Source of the DNA: Candidatus Hodarchaeota archaeon
GTDB taxonomy: Archaea; Asgardarchaeota; Lokiarchaeia; Sigyniarchaeales; SOKP01
Direction of reading: 5' to 3'
Length of the DNA: 44,034 nucleotides
NCBI GenBank assembly: GCA_048887225.1
Contig: JBHLJY010000020.1
Location: 1-44,034 of the forward strand
Under the pieces are notes generated by a model that worked only from the letters and a program-made list of their open reading frames with translations, was not told the DNA's origin and did no database searches. Positions within the stretch are counted from its first letter, which is position 1. Every line of letters begins with the position of its first letter. A program made the translations under genes and the position numbers. Of the stretch, positions 1-9,057 are shown in pieces.

Positions 1-3000
1 GCAGTGTTTCCCGAGACTGTATTGTTATTACAAAACATTAATAATATCCCATAACCATTGTTATTTGCAGTGTTTCCCGAAATAGTATTGTAATTACTTG
101 CATCTAAATATATCCCACCTTTGTCATTTTCATTTGCAGTGTTTCCCGAAATAGTATTGTAATTACTTGCATCTAAATATATCCCACCTTTGTCATTTTC
201 ATTTGCAGTATTTTCTGAGATTATGTTATCATTACTATACTCTAAACATATGCCATACTCGTTATTGTTGTTTGCAATGTTTCTAGAAAATATATTATTG
301 TTGGAATAATATAAGTAAATACCGTATTCAGCATTATTTGACATGGTGCATCTTAAGATGGTGTTATTATTGCTATATAATAGTGAAATTCCAATTGTTC
401 CATGAGAAATATGTAAGTTTGAAATTATAGAATCACTGCAATTAGCAAGGATTAATTGTCCCCCATTCGAAAAGTCATCCAGTTCCAATCCTATCTTATT
501 GGCATAGTAATAAATGGGTTTTCCATTTACCAGATTTGTAGTATCAATATTATGTGATGAGCATTGTTCCCGATTATTCCCGATAATGAATAAACCCGAC
601 TCAATCATAATATTTCCTGAAAAAGAGTTATTATTACTAATTTCTAAAAATATCCCATAATCTCCATTATTATTTGCGGTGTTTCCTGAAATAATGTTAT
701 CATCACTAGACCATAAATATATCCCATAATCTCCATTATTATTTGCGGTGTTTCCCGAAACAATGTTATCATAACTATACTCTAAATGTATCCCAAATAA
801 ATTTTTATTTGCGGTGTTTCCCGAAATAGTATTATAATTACTTGAATCTAAATATATCCCATTTTTATTTAGCAAACAATAGTTATTAATTATTTCTCCA
901 TTATTAGTGTTGACTAATTTAATTCCTGCATCTGATTCCCCCGATCCTGAATTGTAAATCACACAATTTTCGATCCTAAAATATACATTAGAATTTTCAA
1001 TTAATATACAACTTCCCGAACCACCACCGTTAATTATAAGATCCTGAATTACATAAGGGTCCTCTTCTGTACCAGAACCAGAGCACCACACTTTCAATTT
1101 GGCCGTTTTACTCCAATCCCAAGCACTCATACCAGAATCGTCGATATAAATTTTTTCACCTTCATGAACGGGACTTTCTGCGAGCGGATAACTGTCATTG
1201 CTACCCGCACTACCTAAAATCCAAGTATAAGGGGTGTCCACAATTCCATTGTCGTCAGAGTCCGGGGCTGTGTGGGTGTCCCAATAATTACCAATTCCCA
1301 AGTTATTCCACTGGGTATTCGTGCCAGAGTCGCTCGCACGGGTTCCAAAAGTTCCTATTAGCGAATTATAATAAATTAGATTATTCTGGCCGCTTGTTAT
1401 ATATATTCCATAATATCGTATCTTTTTAATGAGATTTCCCCAGATGGTATTGTCATTGCTATATATTAAATTTATCCCAATTCCCTGATTGCTGTTTACA
1501 GTGTTTCCCGAGACGGTATTATCATGACTATTCTTTAAATATAATCCATAAAATTGGTTATTTAAGATATTTCCCGAAATTATGTTAGAACTACATTCCT
1601 CTAAATATATCCCATAATTGTTGCTATATGCGGTGTTTCCTGAAATGGTGTTATCATCACTATACTCTAAATATATCCCATGAAATTCATTATAAGAAGC
1701 GGTGTTTCCCGATACTATATTATTATTACAATCATGTAAACCTATTCCTCCTGAATAGACGTTATTTTTTGCGATGTTTCCTGAAATAGTATTGTAATCA
1801 CTTTCGTATAAAGATATCCCATAACAGTTCTTATATGCGGTGTTTCCCAAGACGGTGTTATCATCACTATACTCTAAATATATCCCATAAAGGTTTTTAT
1901 TTGCAGTGTTTCCCGAGACTATATTGCTATTACAAAGCATTAATAATATCCCATAACGATTGTTATTTGCGGTATTTCCAGAAATTATATTATTGTTGGA
2001 ATAATATAAGTAAATACCGAATCCAGCATTATATAACATGTTACACTTGGAGATGGTATTATTACTGCTATATAATAGTAAGATTCCAATATCTACATGA
2101 GATATATTTAAATTTGAAATTATAGAATCACTACAGTTGGCAAGGATTACTTGTCCAGCATTCGTGAAGTTTGCCGGGTCTAATCCTATCTTATTGGCAT
2201 AGTAATAAATGGGTTTTCCATTTACCAGATTTGTAGTATCAATATTATGTGATGAGCATTGTTCCCGATTATTCCCGATAATGAATAAACCCGACTCAAT
2301 CATAATATTTCCTGAAAAAGAGTTATTATTACTAATTTCTAAAAATATCCCATAATCTCCATTATTATTTGCGGTGTTTCCTGAAATAATGTTATCATCA
2401 CTAGACCATGAATATATCCCGTAATATAAGTTATTGTTTACCTTGTTTCCCGAAACGGTATTATCATGACTACTATGTAAATATATCCCATGCCCATCGT
2501 TGTCATTTACGATGTTTCCTGAAATAATGCCATTATCAGTGTTGCCTAATTCGATTCCTGATTCTGCATTGTAAACCTTACAATTTTCGATCCTAAAATA
2601 CGCATTGGAATTTTCAATTAATATACAACTTCCCGAACCACCACCGTCAATTCTAAGATCCTGAATTAAATAAGGGTCCTCCTCTGTACCAGAACCAGAG
2701 CACCACACTTTCAATTTGGCCGTTTTACTCCAATCCCAAGCACTCATACCAGAATCATCGATATAAACTTTTTCACCTTCATGAACGGGACTTTCTGCAA
2801 GCGGAAAATTATCCACGCTGCCTGCGCTACCCTTAATCCAAGTATAAGTGGTGTCCACAATTCCATCGTCGTTAGAGTCCGGGGCTGTGTGGGTATCCCA
2901 ATAATTACCAATTCCCAAGTTATTCCATTGGGTATTCGTACCAGAGTCGCTCGCATGCCATCCAAAAGTTCCTATTAGCGAATTAAAATAAATTAGATTA

Positions 3001-5141
3001 TTATGACAGTTTGGATTAACAATGTATATTCCATTAATTTGGTTATTTTTAATGAGATTTCCCCAGATGGTATTATCATTACTATTATATCCTATAAGTA
3101 TCCCTATCCAATTGTAATTTGCGGTGTTTCTCGAGACGGTGTTATCATTACTATACGCTAAAAATATCCCTATCCAATTGTAATTTGCGGTGTTTCTCGA
3201 GACAATGTTATTTTTGCTTTCCTGTAAAAGTATCCCATGAAATTTATTATAAGAAGCGGTGTTTCCTGAAATAGTATTGTAATCACTATTGTCTAAAAGT
3301 ATCCCAATCTGGTTTTTGTTTATGGTGTTTCCCGAAATAATGCCATTATTAGTATTGGATAATTTGATTCCTGATATTGCATTGGAAATCTCACAATTTT
3401 CGATCCTAAAATACGCATTGGAATTTTCAATTAATATAGAACTTCCCGTACCATTAGCGTTAATTATAAGATACTGAATTACATAAGGGTCAGTAGAAGT
3501 TCCAGAACCAGAGCACCAAGGTTGAGTGCTCGCCTCCTCCCATGTATAATCTCCATCTCCAAGTTGATCAATATGAATTGGACTTTCGGTAACCCTGAAT
3601 AGAGTGTTCACGTGTCCAGGAGTGATTTTTGGAACATCAAACGATTGGGGTGTAATTTCTTCTAAAACACCAGACACATATCTTTCAATAAGAAACGAGG
3701 AAATAATTCCAGGCGTATTCGACGTTTCGAGTTCTAAATAAAAATTTATAAAATGATCAGAGTCATAGTAAGATTGGAACTCCGAAATATCCATAGCCAT
3801 AAATGTAGGAAATAAACAGTCTATGTCATTTTCGTAATGAGGGTTTATCATATCTAAAGGTGCATCATGAGGGCCTACTCCTAATGTGATAATATCATCC
3901 ATCAGAGTAGGAGTGGAACTAAATTCCCATGTAGCAATCAAACTTGGCTCATAATCTTCTCTATCTGTGTAAAATATAAGTTGTTGCCAGTCAGGACCTC
4001 CAAATTCTTTGAACGCCTTATATGTCAGCCAATAAAAACCGTCATCCATCCAATCGTCTCCCCAGGAATTTACTACTCTAAACGCACCAACATCACTACC
4101 TTCCGTTATTGAATCGTCGTATCCGACAAAACATTGCGCATGGCTATAACGAGTGGAATCATATTCTCCTGAAGATAAAATATAATCTCCCGTAGCTTTG
4201 TTTAATCCAGCGTAATATTGATTATGATCGATAATAAATGTTACTGGAATTCCACTAGCGAGCAAGCTTTTGATTGTGTTAATTGTAGGATCTCCTTTAT
4301 AAGTAATTAAAGTGTAATCAAGAGGTCTATGATAAGGAGCTTCTCTCCATGCGGATTCTTCTCCCCAAGAATCAACATCACCGGCGTTATATGGCATTGT
4401 ATTTAACGTTGCCACACCCCACTCCGTCATCAGTTTAGCGTTATCAACTGGCCATGAGCCGTAATTTTTATCAAGAGCTAGTTTATTATAGGCCCAGGCT
4501 GGGCTTAACAAATACTCTGGATTTCCAGATTTCGCGTTCCAACCGTAATCTTTTGCTTCCATATATCCGTAAGCGTAATAAACATTTGCCCATGTACTGC
4601 AAGAGCCTTGACTCCCTTGAGTATCAACGGGAGGAAAATAGATTTCCGAAGAAAGATCTATTGATGTAGCACTATCAGAAGATTTAACACTTTCAGAAAT
4701 TAATTCTTTAATAGATAATTTCCCTACTAAATTATCGTATGCTTTTTCTGTAGCTGGAGCTAATCCTGTACCGTGTCCATTAATAATTTGATTGTAATTT
4801 TTACTAGAATCTCTGAAATCACATTGCGTTTTCATTTCCTCTACATCTTCTTTCGTAATATACTCAGCTAAATATTTTTTACCGTTTATAGTACAAATAA
4901 ATGATTCTTCTTCGATATCATCTATATCCACTGGTATTTTTTCAATATCATCTATATCCACTGGTATATTTTCGATATCAACATCATCTGAATTATCTGG
5001 AGAAAGATCTTTTGTTTCTAGAGGAATAAATGAAAATGTACCTACATAAAGAGTATTTATTAATATCATCGCAATAGAAAGTATCGTAACGGTAAGAATT
5101 ATTCTCTTCCTTTTTTCTAATATTATTTTTATTCTCTCCAT
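1..5141 (-). CDS. Large secreted/surface protein: C1A (papain-like) cysteine peptidase followed by at least three NosD/CASH-type right-handed beta-helix modules; 3' end lies outside the window
   Basis: Hand translation from ATG at 5141. Signal-anchor-like N-terminus MERIKIILEKRKRIILTVTILSIAMILINTL. Catalytic motifs QGSQGSCSTW (C181), HAQCFVGYDD (H334) and VVNSWG (N358). Then repeated WCSGSGTxxDPY and GIxLxxSxxNxISGNTA units, in the same frame down to base 1. Absent from the ORF track, consistent with there being no stop codon inside the window. Confidence 0.93.
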   Translation of the reverse strand, partial: MERIKIILEKRKRIILTVTILSIAMILINTLYVGTFSFIPLETKDLSPDNSDDVDIENIPVDIDDIEKIPVDIDDIEEESFICTINGKKYLAEYITKEDVEEMKTQCDFRDSSKNYNQIINGHGTGLAPATEKAYDNLVGKLSIKELISESVKSSDSATSIDLSSEIYFPPVDTQGSQGSCSTWANVYYAYGYMEAKDYGWNAKSGNPEYLLSPAWAYNKLALDKNYGSWPVDNAKLMTEWGVATLNTMPYNAGDVDSWGEESAWREAPYHRPLDYTLITYKGDPTINTIKSLLASGIPVTFIIDHNQYYAGLNKATGDYILSSGEYDSTRYSHAQCFVGYDDSITEGSDVGAFRVVNSWGDDWMDDGFYWLTYKAFKEFGGPDWQQLIFYTDREDYEPSLIATWEFSSTPTLMDDIITLGVGPHDAPLDMINPHYENDIDCLFPTFMAMDISEFQSYYDSDHFINFYLELETSNTPGIISSFLIERYVSGVLEEITPQSFDVPKITPGHVNTLFRVTESPIHIDQLGDGDYTWEEASTQPWCSGSGTSTDPYVIQYLIINANGTGSSILIENSNAYFRIENCEISNAISGIKLSNTNNGIISGNTINKNQIGILLDNSDYNTISGNTASYNKFHGILLQESKNNIVSRNTANYNWIGIFLAYSNDNTVSRNTANYNWIGILIGYNSNDNTIWGNLIKNNQINGIYIVNPNCHNNLIYFNSLIGTFGWHASDSGTNTQWNNLGIGNYWDTHTAPDSNDDGIVDTTYTWIKGSAGSVDNFPLAESPVHEGEKVYIDDSGMSAWDWSKTAKLKVWCSGSGTEEDPYLIQDLRIDGGGSGSCILIENSNAYFRIENCKVYNAESGIELGNTDNGIISGNIVNDNDGHGIYLHSSHDNTVSGNKVNNNLYYGIYSWSSDDNIISGNTANNNGDYGIFLEISNNNSFSGNIMIESGLFIIGNNREQCSSHNIDTTNLVNGKPIYYYANKIGLDPANFTNAGQVILANCSDSIISNLNISHVDIGILLLYSSNNTISKCNMLYNAGFGIYLYYSNNNIISGNTANNNRYGILLMLCNSNIVSGNTANKNLYGIYLEYSDDNTVLGNTAYKNCYGISLYESDYNTISGNIAKNNVYSGGIGLHDCNNNIVSGNTASYNEFHGIYLEYSDDNTISGNTAYSNNYGIYLEECSSNIISGNILNNQFYGLYLKNSHDNTVSGNTVNSNQGIGINLIYSNDNTIWGNLIKKIRYYGIYITSGQNNLIYYNSLIGTFGTRASDSGTNTQWNNLGIGNYWDTHTAPDSDDNGIVDTPYTWILGSAGSNDSYPLAESPVHEGEKIYIDDSGMSAWDWSKTAKLKVWCSGSGTEEDPYVIQDLIINGGGSGSCILIENSNVYFRIENCVIYNSGSGESDAGIKLVNTNNGEIINNYCLLNKNGIYLDSSNYNTISGNTANKNLFGIHLEYSYDNIVSGNTANNNGDYGIYLWSSDDNIISGNTANNNGDYGIFLEISNNNSFSGNIMIESGLFIIGNNREQCSSHNIDTTNLVNGKPIYYYANKIGLELDDFSNGGQLILANCSDSIISNLHISHGTIGISLLYSNNNTILRCTMSNNAEYGIYLYYSNNNIFSRNIANNNNEYGICLEYSNDNIISENTANENDKGGIYLDASNYNTISGNTANENDKGGIYLDASNYNTISGNTANNNGYGILLMFCNNNTVSGNT
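63..209. repeat. Exact 69-bp tandem duplication (one 23-aa beta-helix rung)
   Basis: 63-131 is identical to 132-200, with a partial third copy. Encodes NENDKGGIYLDASNYNTISGNTA twice on the minus strand. Confidence 0.95.
487..714. repeat. 228-bp exact repeat, copy 1 (copy 2 at 2182-2409)
   Basis: Base-by-base comparison. Offset is 1695 bp (565 codons). The flanks are homologous but clearly diverged. Confidence 0.9.
964..1385. repeat. Diverged intragenic module repeat (second copy about 2581-3002; partial third copy about 3394-3518)
   Basis: Same inter-module linker and cap sequence (GNYWD...DGIVD...WCSGSGTEEDPY) at an offset of 1617 bp, with scattered substitutions. Confidence 0.88.
2182..2409. 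repeat. 228-bp exact repeat, copy 2
   Basis: Identical to 487-714. Confidence 0.9.
4911..4980. repeat. 30-bp tandem repeat in the peptidase pro-region
   Basis: ttc(g/a)atatcatctatatccactggtat occurs about 2.3 times, encoding DIE(N/K)IPVDID. Confidence 0.85.
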
Positions 5142-5478
5142 CTTTTTTTTTTAGATTCTTTATTGATTATCTTTAAATTTTGTAATATTCAATTATTGTA
5201 AATATGCAACTATCTTGTCATTTAACCATATTCTTATTTACCGATAATCTATTACTTATTATAAAAAATAAGATCCTTATTTAAAGAGCTATAGTCAATT
5301 ATTGCAATATTAGATTTACCAAATCTAATTTTAATTAAATTTTTTAACCCATTTTAAAGAATGAAGTAAAATTTATGTAAAAAATGTTATAATTTATACA
5401 ATTATAATAGAATATATTGCATAAATTTATATTTTATATCACATGTCATAAATTTACAAAGTTAAACAGCAAGAATTT

Positions 5479-6219
5479 ATGAAAAGCTATTATTATAACG
5501 AAATAGCAACAGATTATCATTTAAAAAGAAAAAAACCTTGGAAACCACTCAAGAATTTTATATTTTATTTGAAAGAAAGAACTTTCACATTTAAAGGATT
5601 TTGTATTGATTTAGGATGTGCAAATGGTAGAAATTTTAAAATTTTTAAAGATACAAATAATAAAATAATAGGTATCGATAATTCGCTCGGATTTTTGAAA
5701 ATTGCGTTAGAAAATTTAAAAGATTCTAATCAATATTCAAAGAGAGATTCAGATAATATTCAATTGATTCTTGGAGACTTAGAATACATCCCTATTAGAG
5801 ATAATTCAATTCAAACAATATTTTCAATCGCTGCAATCCATCACATAAAAGGTAAAGAAAAAAGGGAAAAAGCAATTTTACAAATTTTTAATACTTTGAC
5901 CGAAAGTGGATCTTTCTTACCAACTGTGTGGCGTAGATGGCAAAAAAGATTTAAAACATACTTTATTACTAATTGGTTTAAGAGAAATTTTAATCCAATA
6001 TATAAAAAACACCAAAAATTAATAGGTTTAAATGAATTTGGCGATAGATATATTCCATGGACCATTTCTAAAGAAAATAAAACATACGATCGTTTTTATC
6101 ATTTTTTTTCTAAACGCGAAATAAAAAATTTGCTTAAAAAATTTAAAATTAAAGAGTTTTGGATAAAAGGAGGTCCCACTAATAAAGACAATTTTTTTCT
6201 ATTATGTGAAAAGGGATAG
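5479..6219 (+). CDS. Class I SAM-dependent methyltransferase, Trm9/ALKBH8-like
   Basis: Motif I DLGCANG. SIAAIHHI, YIPW and RFYHFF resemble Trm9-family motifs. Confidence 0.8.
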   Translation: MKSYYYNEIATDYHLKRKKPWKPLKNFIFYLKERTFTFKGFCIDLGCANGRNFKIFKDTNNKIIGIDNSLGFLKIALENLKDSNQYSKRDSDNIQLILGDLEYIPIRDNSIQTIFSIAAIHHIKGKEKREKAILQIFNTLTESGSFLPTVWRRWQKRFKTYFITNWFKRNFNPIYKKHQKLIGLNEFGDRYIPWTISKENKTYDRFYHFFSKREIKNLLKKFKIKEFWIKGGPTNKDNFFLLCEKG

Positions 6220-6236
6220 TATTGGATAAATTATTT

Positions 6237-6728
6237 TTAATGGCAAACGATAGAATTATAGCATTCTAAAATGTAAGGTTTAAACCCCTCGTAATGGTCT
6301 CTTATAATAGCTGAATGCATATTAAATTGTCGCTCGGAGATTTCGCAATAAAAAATTCCATGGATGGAAATTTCAGAATAATGTCGCTTTCTAATAATTT
6401 TCGTACGATTTCCAAACCAATAGGTGAATTCGTGAGTATTAAGCCACACACGATCTTTTTTAGTAACATCAATGTTAATTGCGTTATACATATTTATGGA
6501 TTCTTGCACCTCCCGAGCGTGAAAAAATTTAATTCTGTCTTTTTTAAACCAATCAAATTCCATCTTAGCATTTGAACCCCAAATTTCATCATAATCGTTA
6601 TGGCTATGGAATTTGATGGTTCCTTTATTTTCGTCTCCTTTAAATTCGACTTCTTTAAACCATATTGGCACCTTATTTATTATAACATTACATTCTGGTT
6701 TTTCATATATAAAATAAGTCTTTTGCAT
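6237..6728 (-). CDS. Hypothetical protein (possible PsbP/Mog1-like fold)
   Basis: 163-aa ORF with a GAGGT Shine-Dalgarno-like site upstream, convergent with the methyltransferase. The fold is a guess from residue pattern only. Confidence 0.7.
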   Translation of the reverse strand: MQKTYFIYEKPECNVIINKVPIWFKEVEFKGDENKGTIKFHSHNDYDEIWGSNAKMEFDWFKKDRIKFFHAREVQESINMYNAINIDVTKKDRVWLNTHEFTYWFGNRTKIIRKRHYSEISIHGIFYCEISERQFNMHSAIIRDHYEGFKPYILECYNSIVCH

Positions 6729-6872
6729 CCTTTTACCTCTTATATTGTATTATACATTGTAAGATTATATAAATATATGCTTACATTTTTTAAGCCAAAC
6801 TTTCATTAGATTTGTAAGTAAGAATTATAAAATATTTTACAAAAATACTCCAAAACTTAAGGTATATTATAA

Positions 6873-7478
6873 ATGTCTTCAAGATCGTCAATTAGGTCAC
6901 TATTAGTTGGTTTAGCTAATCGGCTTTCTTTTCCTGAAAGAAAAGAAAGACTTCTAAATAATTTATACTATATTAGACAGTCAAACGAACAAAATCATTT
7001 AAGATTAAGCGAATTACATCCTCCTCCTGATTCTAACTTCTATGTATCTAATATATCTAGGCCTATAGATCGATCTCAGAATAGGTATTTTCATGAAGTT
7101 AGTCAAGATGATTTAATTTGTCCTAATATTGGTTCACTTAGAGAAGCAATGTTAGTTGAATTAGAGAGATTAAGGAGGTTAATGAATGGTGATGTCATTG
7201 AAAATGATGAGAATTATATTGCTCTGCCTCCTGAAGAAAAAAAGATTTTTCATAAATTTTTAGAATATTTCTCAACTTGCCCGATATGTAAAGGAAAAAA
7301 TCATGAAGCTTATCTAAAAACTTTTTATTTTAATAACGGTTCTGATAAAAAAACTCTTAAAGAAAGATTATTAAAACTAATGGATGAATCTAAAGATTTT
7401 GATGATATATATTATAACAAAATTTTATTAGGAATCCCTTGTTGTGATTGTTTCAAGAAGTTTTTTTGTGAATTTTAA
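6873..7478 (+). CDS. Hypothetical protein with C-terminal putative Zn-binding motif
   Basis: 201 aa; CPICKGKNH ... CCDC. Confidence 0.7.
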   Translation: MSSRSSIRSLLVGLANRLSFPERKERLLNNLYYIRQSNEQNHLRLSELHPPPDSNFYVSNISRPIDRSQNRYFHEVSQDDLICPNIGSLREAMLVELERLRRLMNGDVIENDENYIALPPEEKKIFHKFLEYFSTCPICKGKNHEAYLKTFYFNNGSDKKTLKERLLKLMDESKDFDDIYYNKILLGIPCCDCFKKFFCEF

Positions 7479-7536
7479 AAATCATAAAATTTAAAGTTAG
7501 AATTTATAATTAGAACGAAAATTTAACCTAGAAATT

Positions 7537-8217
7537 TCATTTTTTTAATAGTTCTTTTCCTTCCTGTATCCATTTCTTTATTCTTTCAGGTGAAACACCT
7601 GAAATTAACATACTCAATTCTTCAGCATCTTCTTTTAATAATTCTTGTATACTATTAACACCAAGTTCTTTAAATTTTTTTGAGGTAGTAGCACCCAATC
7701 CAGAGAGTTTTGTTAAGGGTGTTTCTTTTCCTTCAGCTATTATTGTTTTTGTAAGAGTTGCTTTTGCTACTGGGATCGCTTTTGCCTTAGCCACTGGTGC
7801 TGGTTTTGTTTTAGTTATCTTTTTTTCAATGATAGCTTCTGGTTCTACAGCTTCAGGTATAATTTCTAATTCTTCAATATCAGGCAAGATTTCCAATTCT
7901 TCCTTTGGTTTCACTTTCCTCTTAGCTTTACGTCTTGCTTTTATTCTATCCTCTCTGGGCAAATATGGTCTTTTTTTCTTTGATTTTTTCTTTGGTGGGT
8001 TTAGTGCTTTTATTTGCTCAATATTCCATTCATGTGTGGATTTTCTAAAATAATCTATATTAACATTTAATTCCTTTAATAACGCAATAGTTTTTCCAGC
8101 TGCCTTAATTTCTGACAAAGAAAAACCGTTTCCATCTCTTAAATGTCCCTCTCTAGAGGGAGATTTTACCTCAGCAATAGATTTTTTTATTATTGCATTA
8201 TTTTCTGTTTTTTCCAT
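7537..8217 (-). CDS. rpl13e: Ribosomal protein L13e fused to a C-terminal helix-hairpin-helix domain
   Basis: LRDGNGFSLSEIKAAG...IDYFRKSTHEWNIEQIK matches the archaeal L13e core. C-terminal LTKLSGLGATTSKKFKELGVNSIQEL...ISGVSPERIKKW is an HhH_5-type pattern. Confidence 0.85.
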   Translation of the reverse strand: MEKTENNAIIKKSIAEVKSPSREGHLRDGNGFSLSEIKAAGKTIALLKELNVNIDYFRKSTHEWNIEQIKALNPPKKKSKKKRPYLPREDRIKARRKAKRKVKPKEELEILPDIEELEIIPEAVEPEAIIEKKITKTKPAPVAKAKAIPVAKATLTKTIIAEGKETPLTKLSGLGATTSKKFKELGVNSIQELLKEDAEELSMLISGVSPERIKKWIQEGKELLKK

Positions 8218-8319
8218 ATTTCTGCATGAATATGAACTCTTATTAAAGTGATTATAATAAAATTTGAAAATTTTTATTATTTGTGATTTGCCCTAATTAG
8301 ATATAACTTTTGATAAACA

Positions 8320-8961
8320 TTATAATTTGACAATGTCTAATTGCTCCAATTTTTTTAAAATCTCTTTTATTTCATATCGATTTTTCTCAGGGTACATCCT
8401 AGAGATTTTAAGTGGAGAATTGTTACCATCACATTGTAAAGCAACTTTAAGATCAAATTCAGATATAATTCCTGCAGTCAGAACTTTTTCTAATACATTT
8501 TTAGCAACTAATACCTTAGGAAATACTTCAGCAATTCTTCCTCCTAACATCAAATTTTCTACATCAACGATAAAAGTTTGAAATCTCTTTTTTTCGGTCG
8601 TTTCTCTAAATAATTTCAGATCCGAATGGTGCTTTTTCCAAAATCTATGGCTTATTTTATGTAATGCTATTTTAATTTGCTTAATATCATCATCTGCATC
8701 TGAAATTGAACAAAATAATACTCTTGATTGAGGATGATAAAAGATTACATATATAGAGTCTTCAGATTCCAAAACTTTAGTGATATCATTTATATTTTTT
8801 CCTTTAGCTTTTAGTTTTTGAACACTTTTAATAGTTCGATTAACAACCTTAAAGAAACCGGGAAAAGGATTATTCTTAATTTTATTCTGGAATTCCTTAA
8901 AAGAAACTTCCAATAATGATATCCCACTAGTCCCATCGATAAAAAAAATTCTATATATCAA
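8320..8961 (-). CDS. Longin-like domain plus C-terminal winged-helix protein
   Basis: Longin-type beta-beta-alpha-beta-beta-beta-alpha-alpha pattern (IFFIDGTSGISLL...VLFCSISDADDD...LHKISHRF). C-terminal VALQCDGNNSPLKIS...EILKKLEQLDIVKL is winged-helix-like. TTG start. Confidence 0.7.
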   Translation of the reverse strand: MIYRIFFIDGTSGISLLEVSFKEFQNKIKNNPFPGFFKVVNRTIKSVQKLKAKGKNINDITKVLESEDSIYVIFYHPQSRVLFCSISDADDDIKQIKIALHKISHRFWKKHHSDLKLFRETTEKKRFQTFIVDVENLMLGGRIAEVFPKVLVAKNVLEKVLTAGIISEFDLKVALQCDGNNSPLKISRMYPEKNRYEIKEILKKLEQLDIVKL

Positions 8962-9057
8962 AATTAGAACGTTATTTATTGTTTTTTCTATTATAATACA
9001 ATAATAAAAATTCTAATTTTTATTTGTAGTCTAAAAAACGAATTTTCAATTTTCTAT

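Noticed and set aside
281-3002. Diversity-generating retroelement template/variable repeat pair
   Set aside because: There is no reverse transcriptase in the window, both copies lie inside one CDS, and the mismatches are not confined to adenines.
1-3350. CRISPR-like periodicity (gcggtgtttcc every 66-69 bp)
   Set aside because: The units are degenerate, in multiples of three, and encode beta-helix rungs in an open frame. There are no unique spacers and no cas genes.
1835-4669. Tracked short ORFs at 1835, 2744, 2781, 3289 and 4454
   Set aside because: These are shadow or alternate frames of the large minus-strand peptidase gene. The same applies to the other short antisense ORFs overlapping long genes throughout the window.
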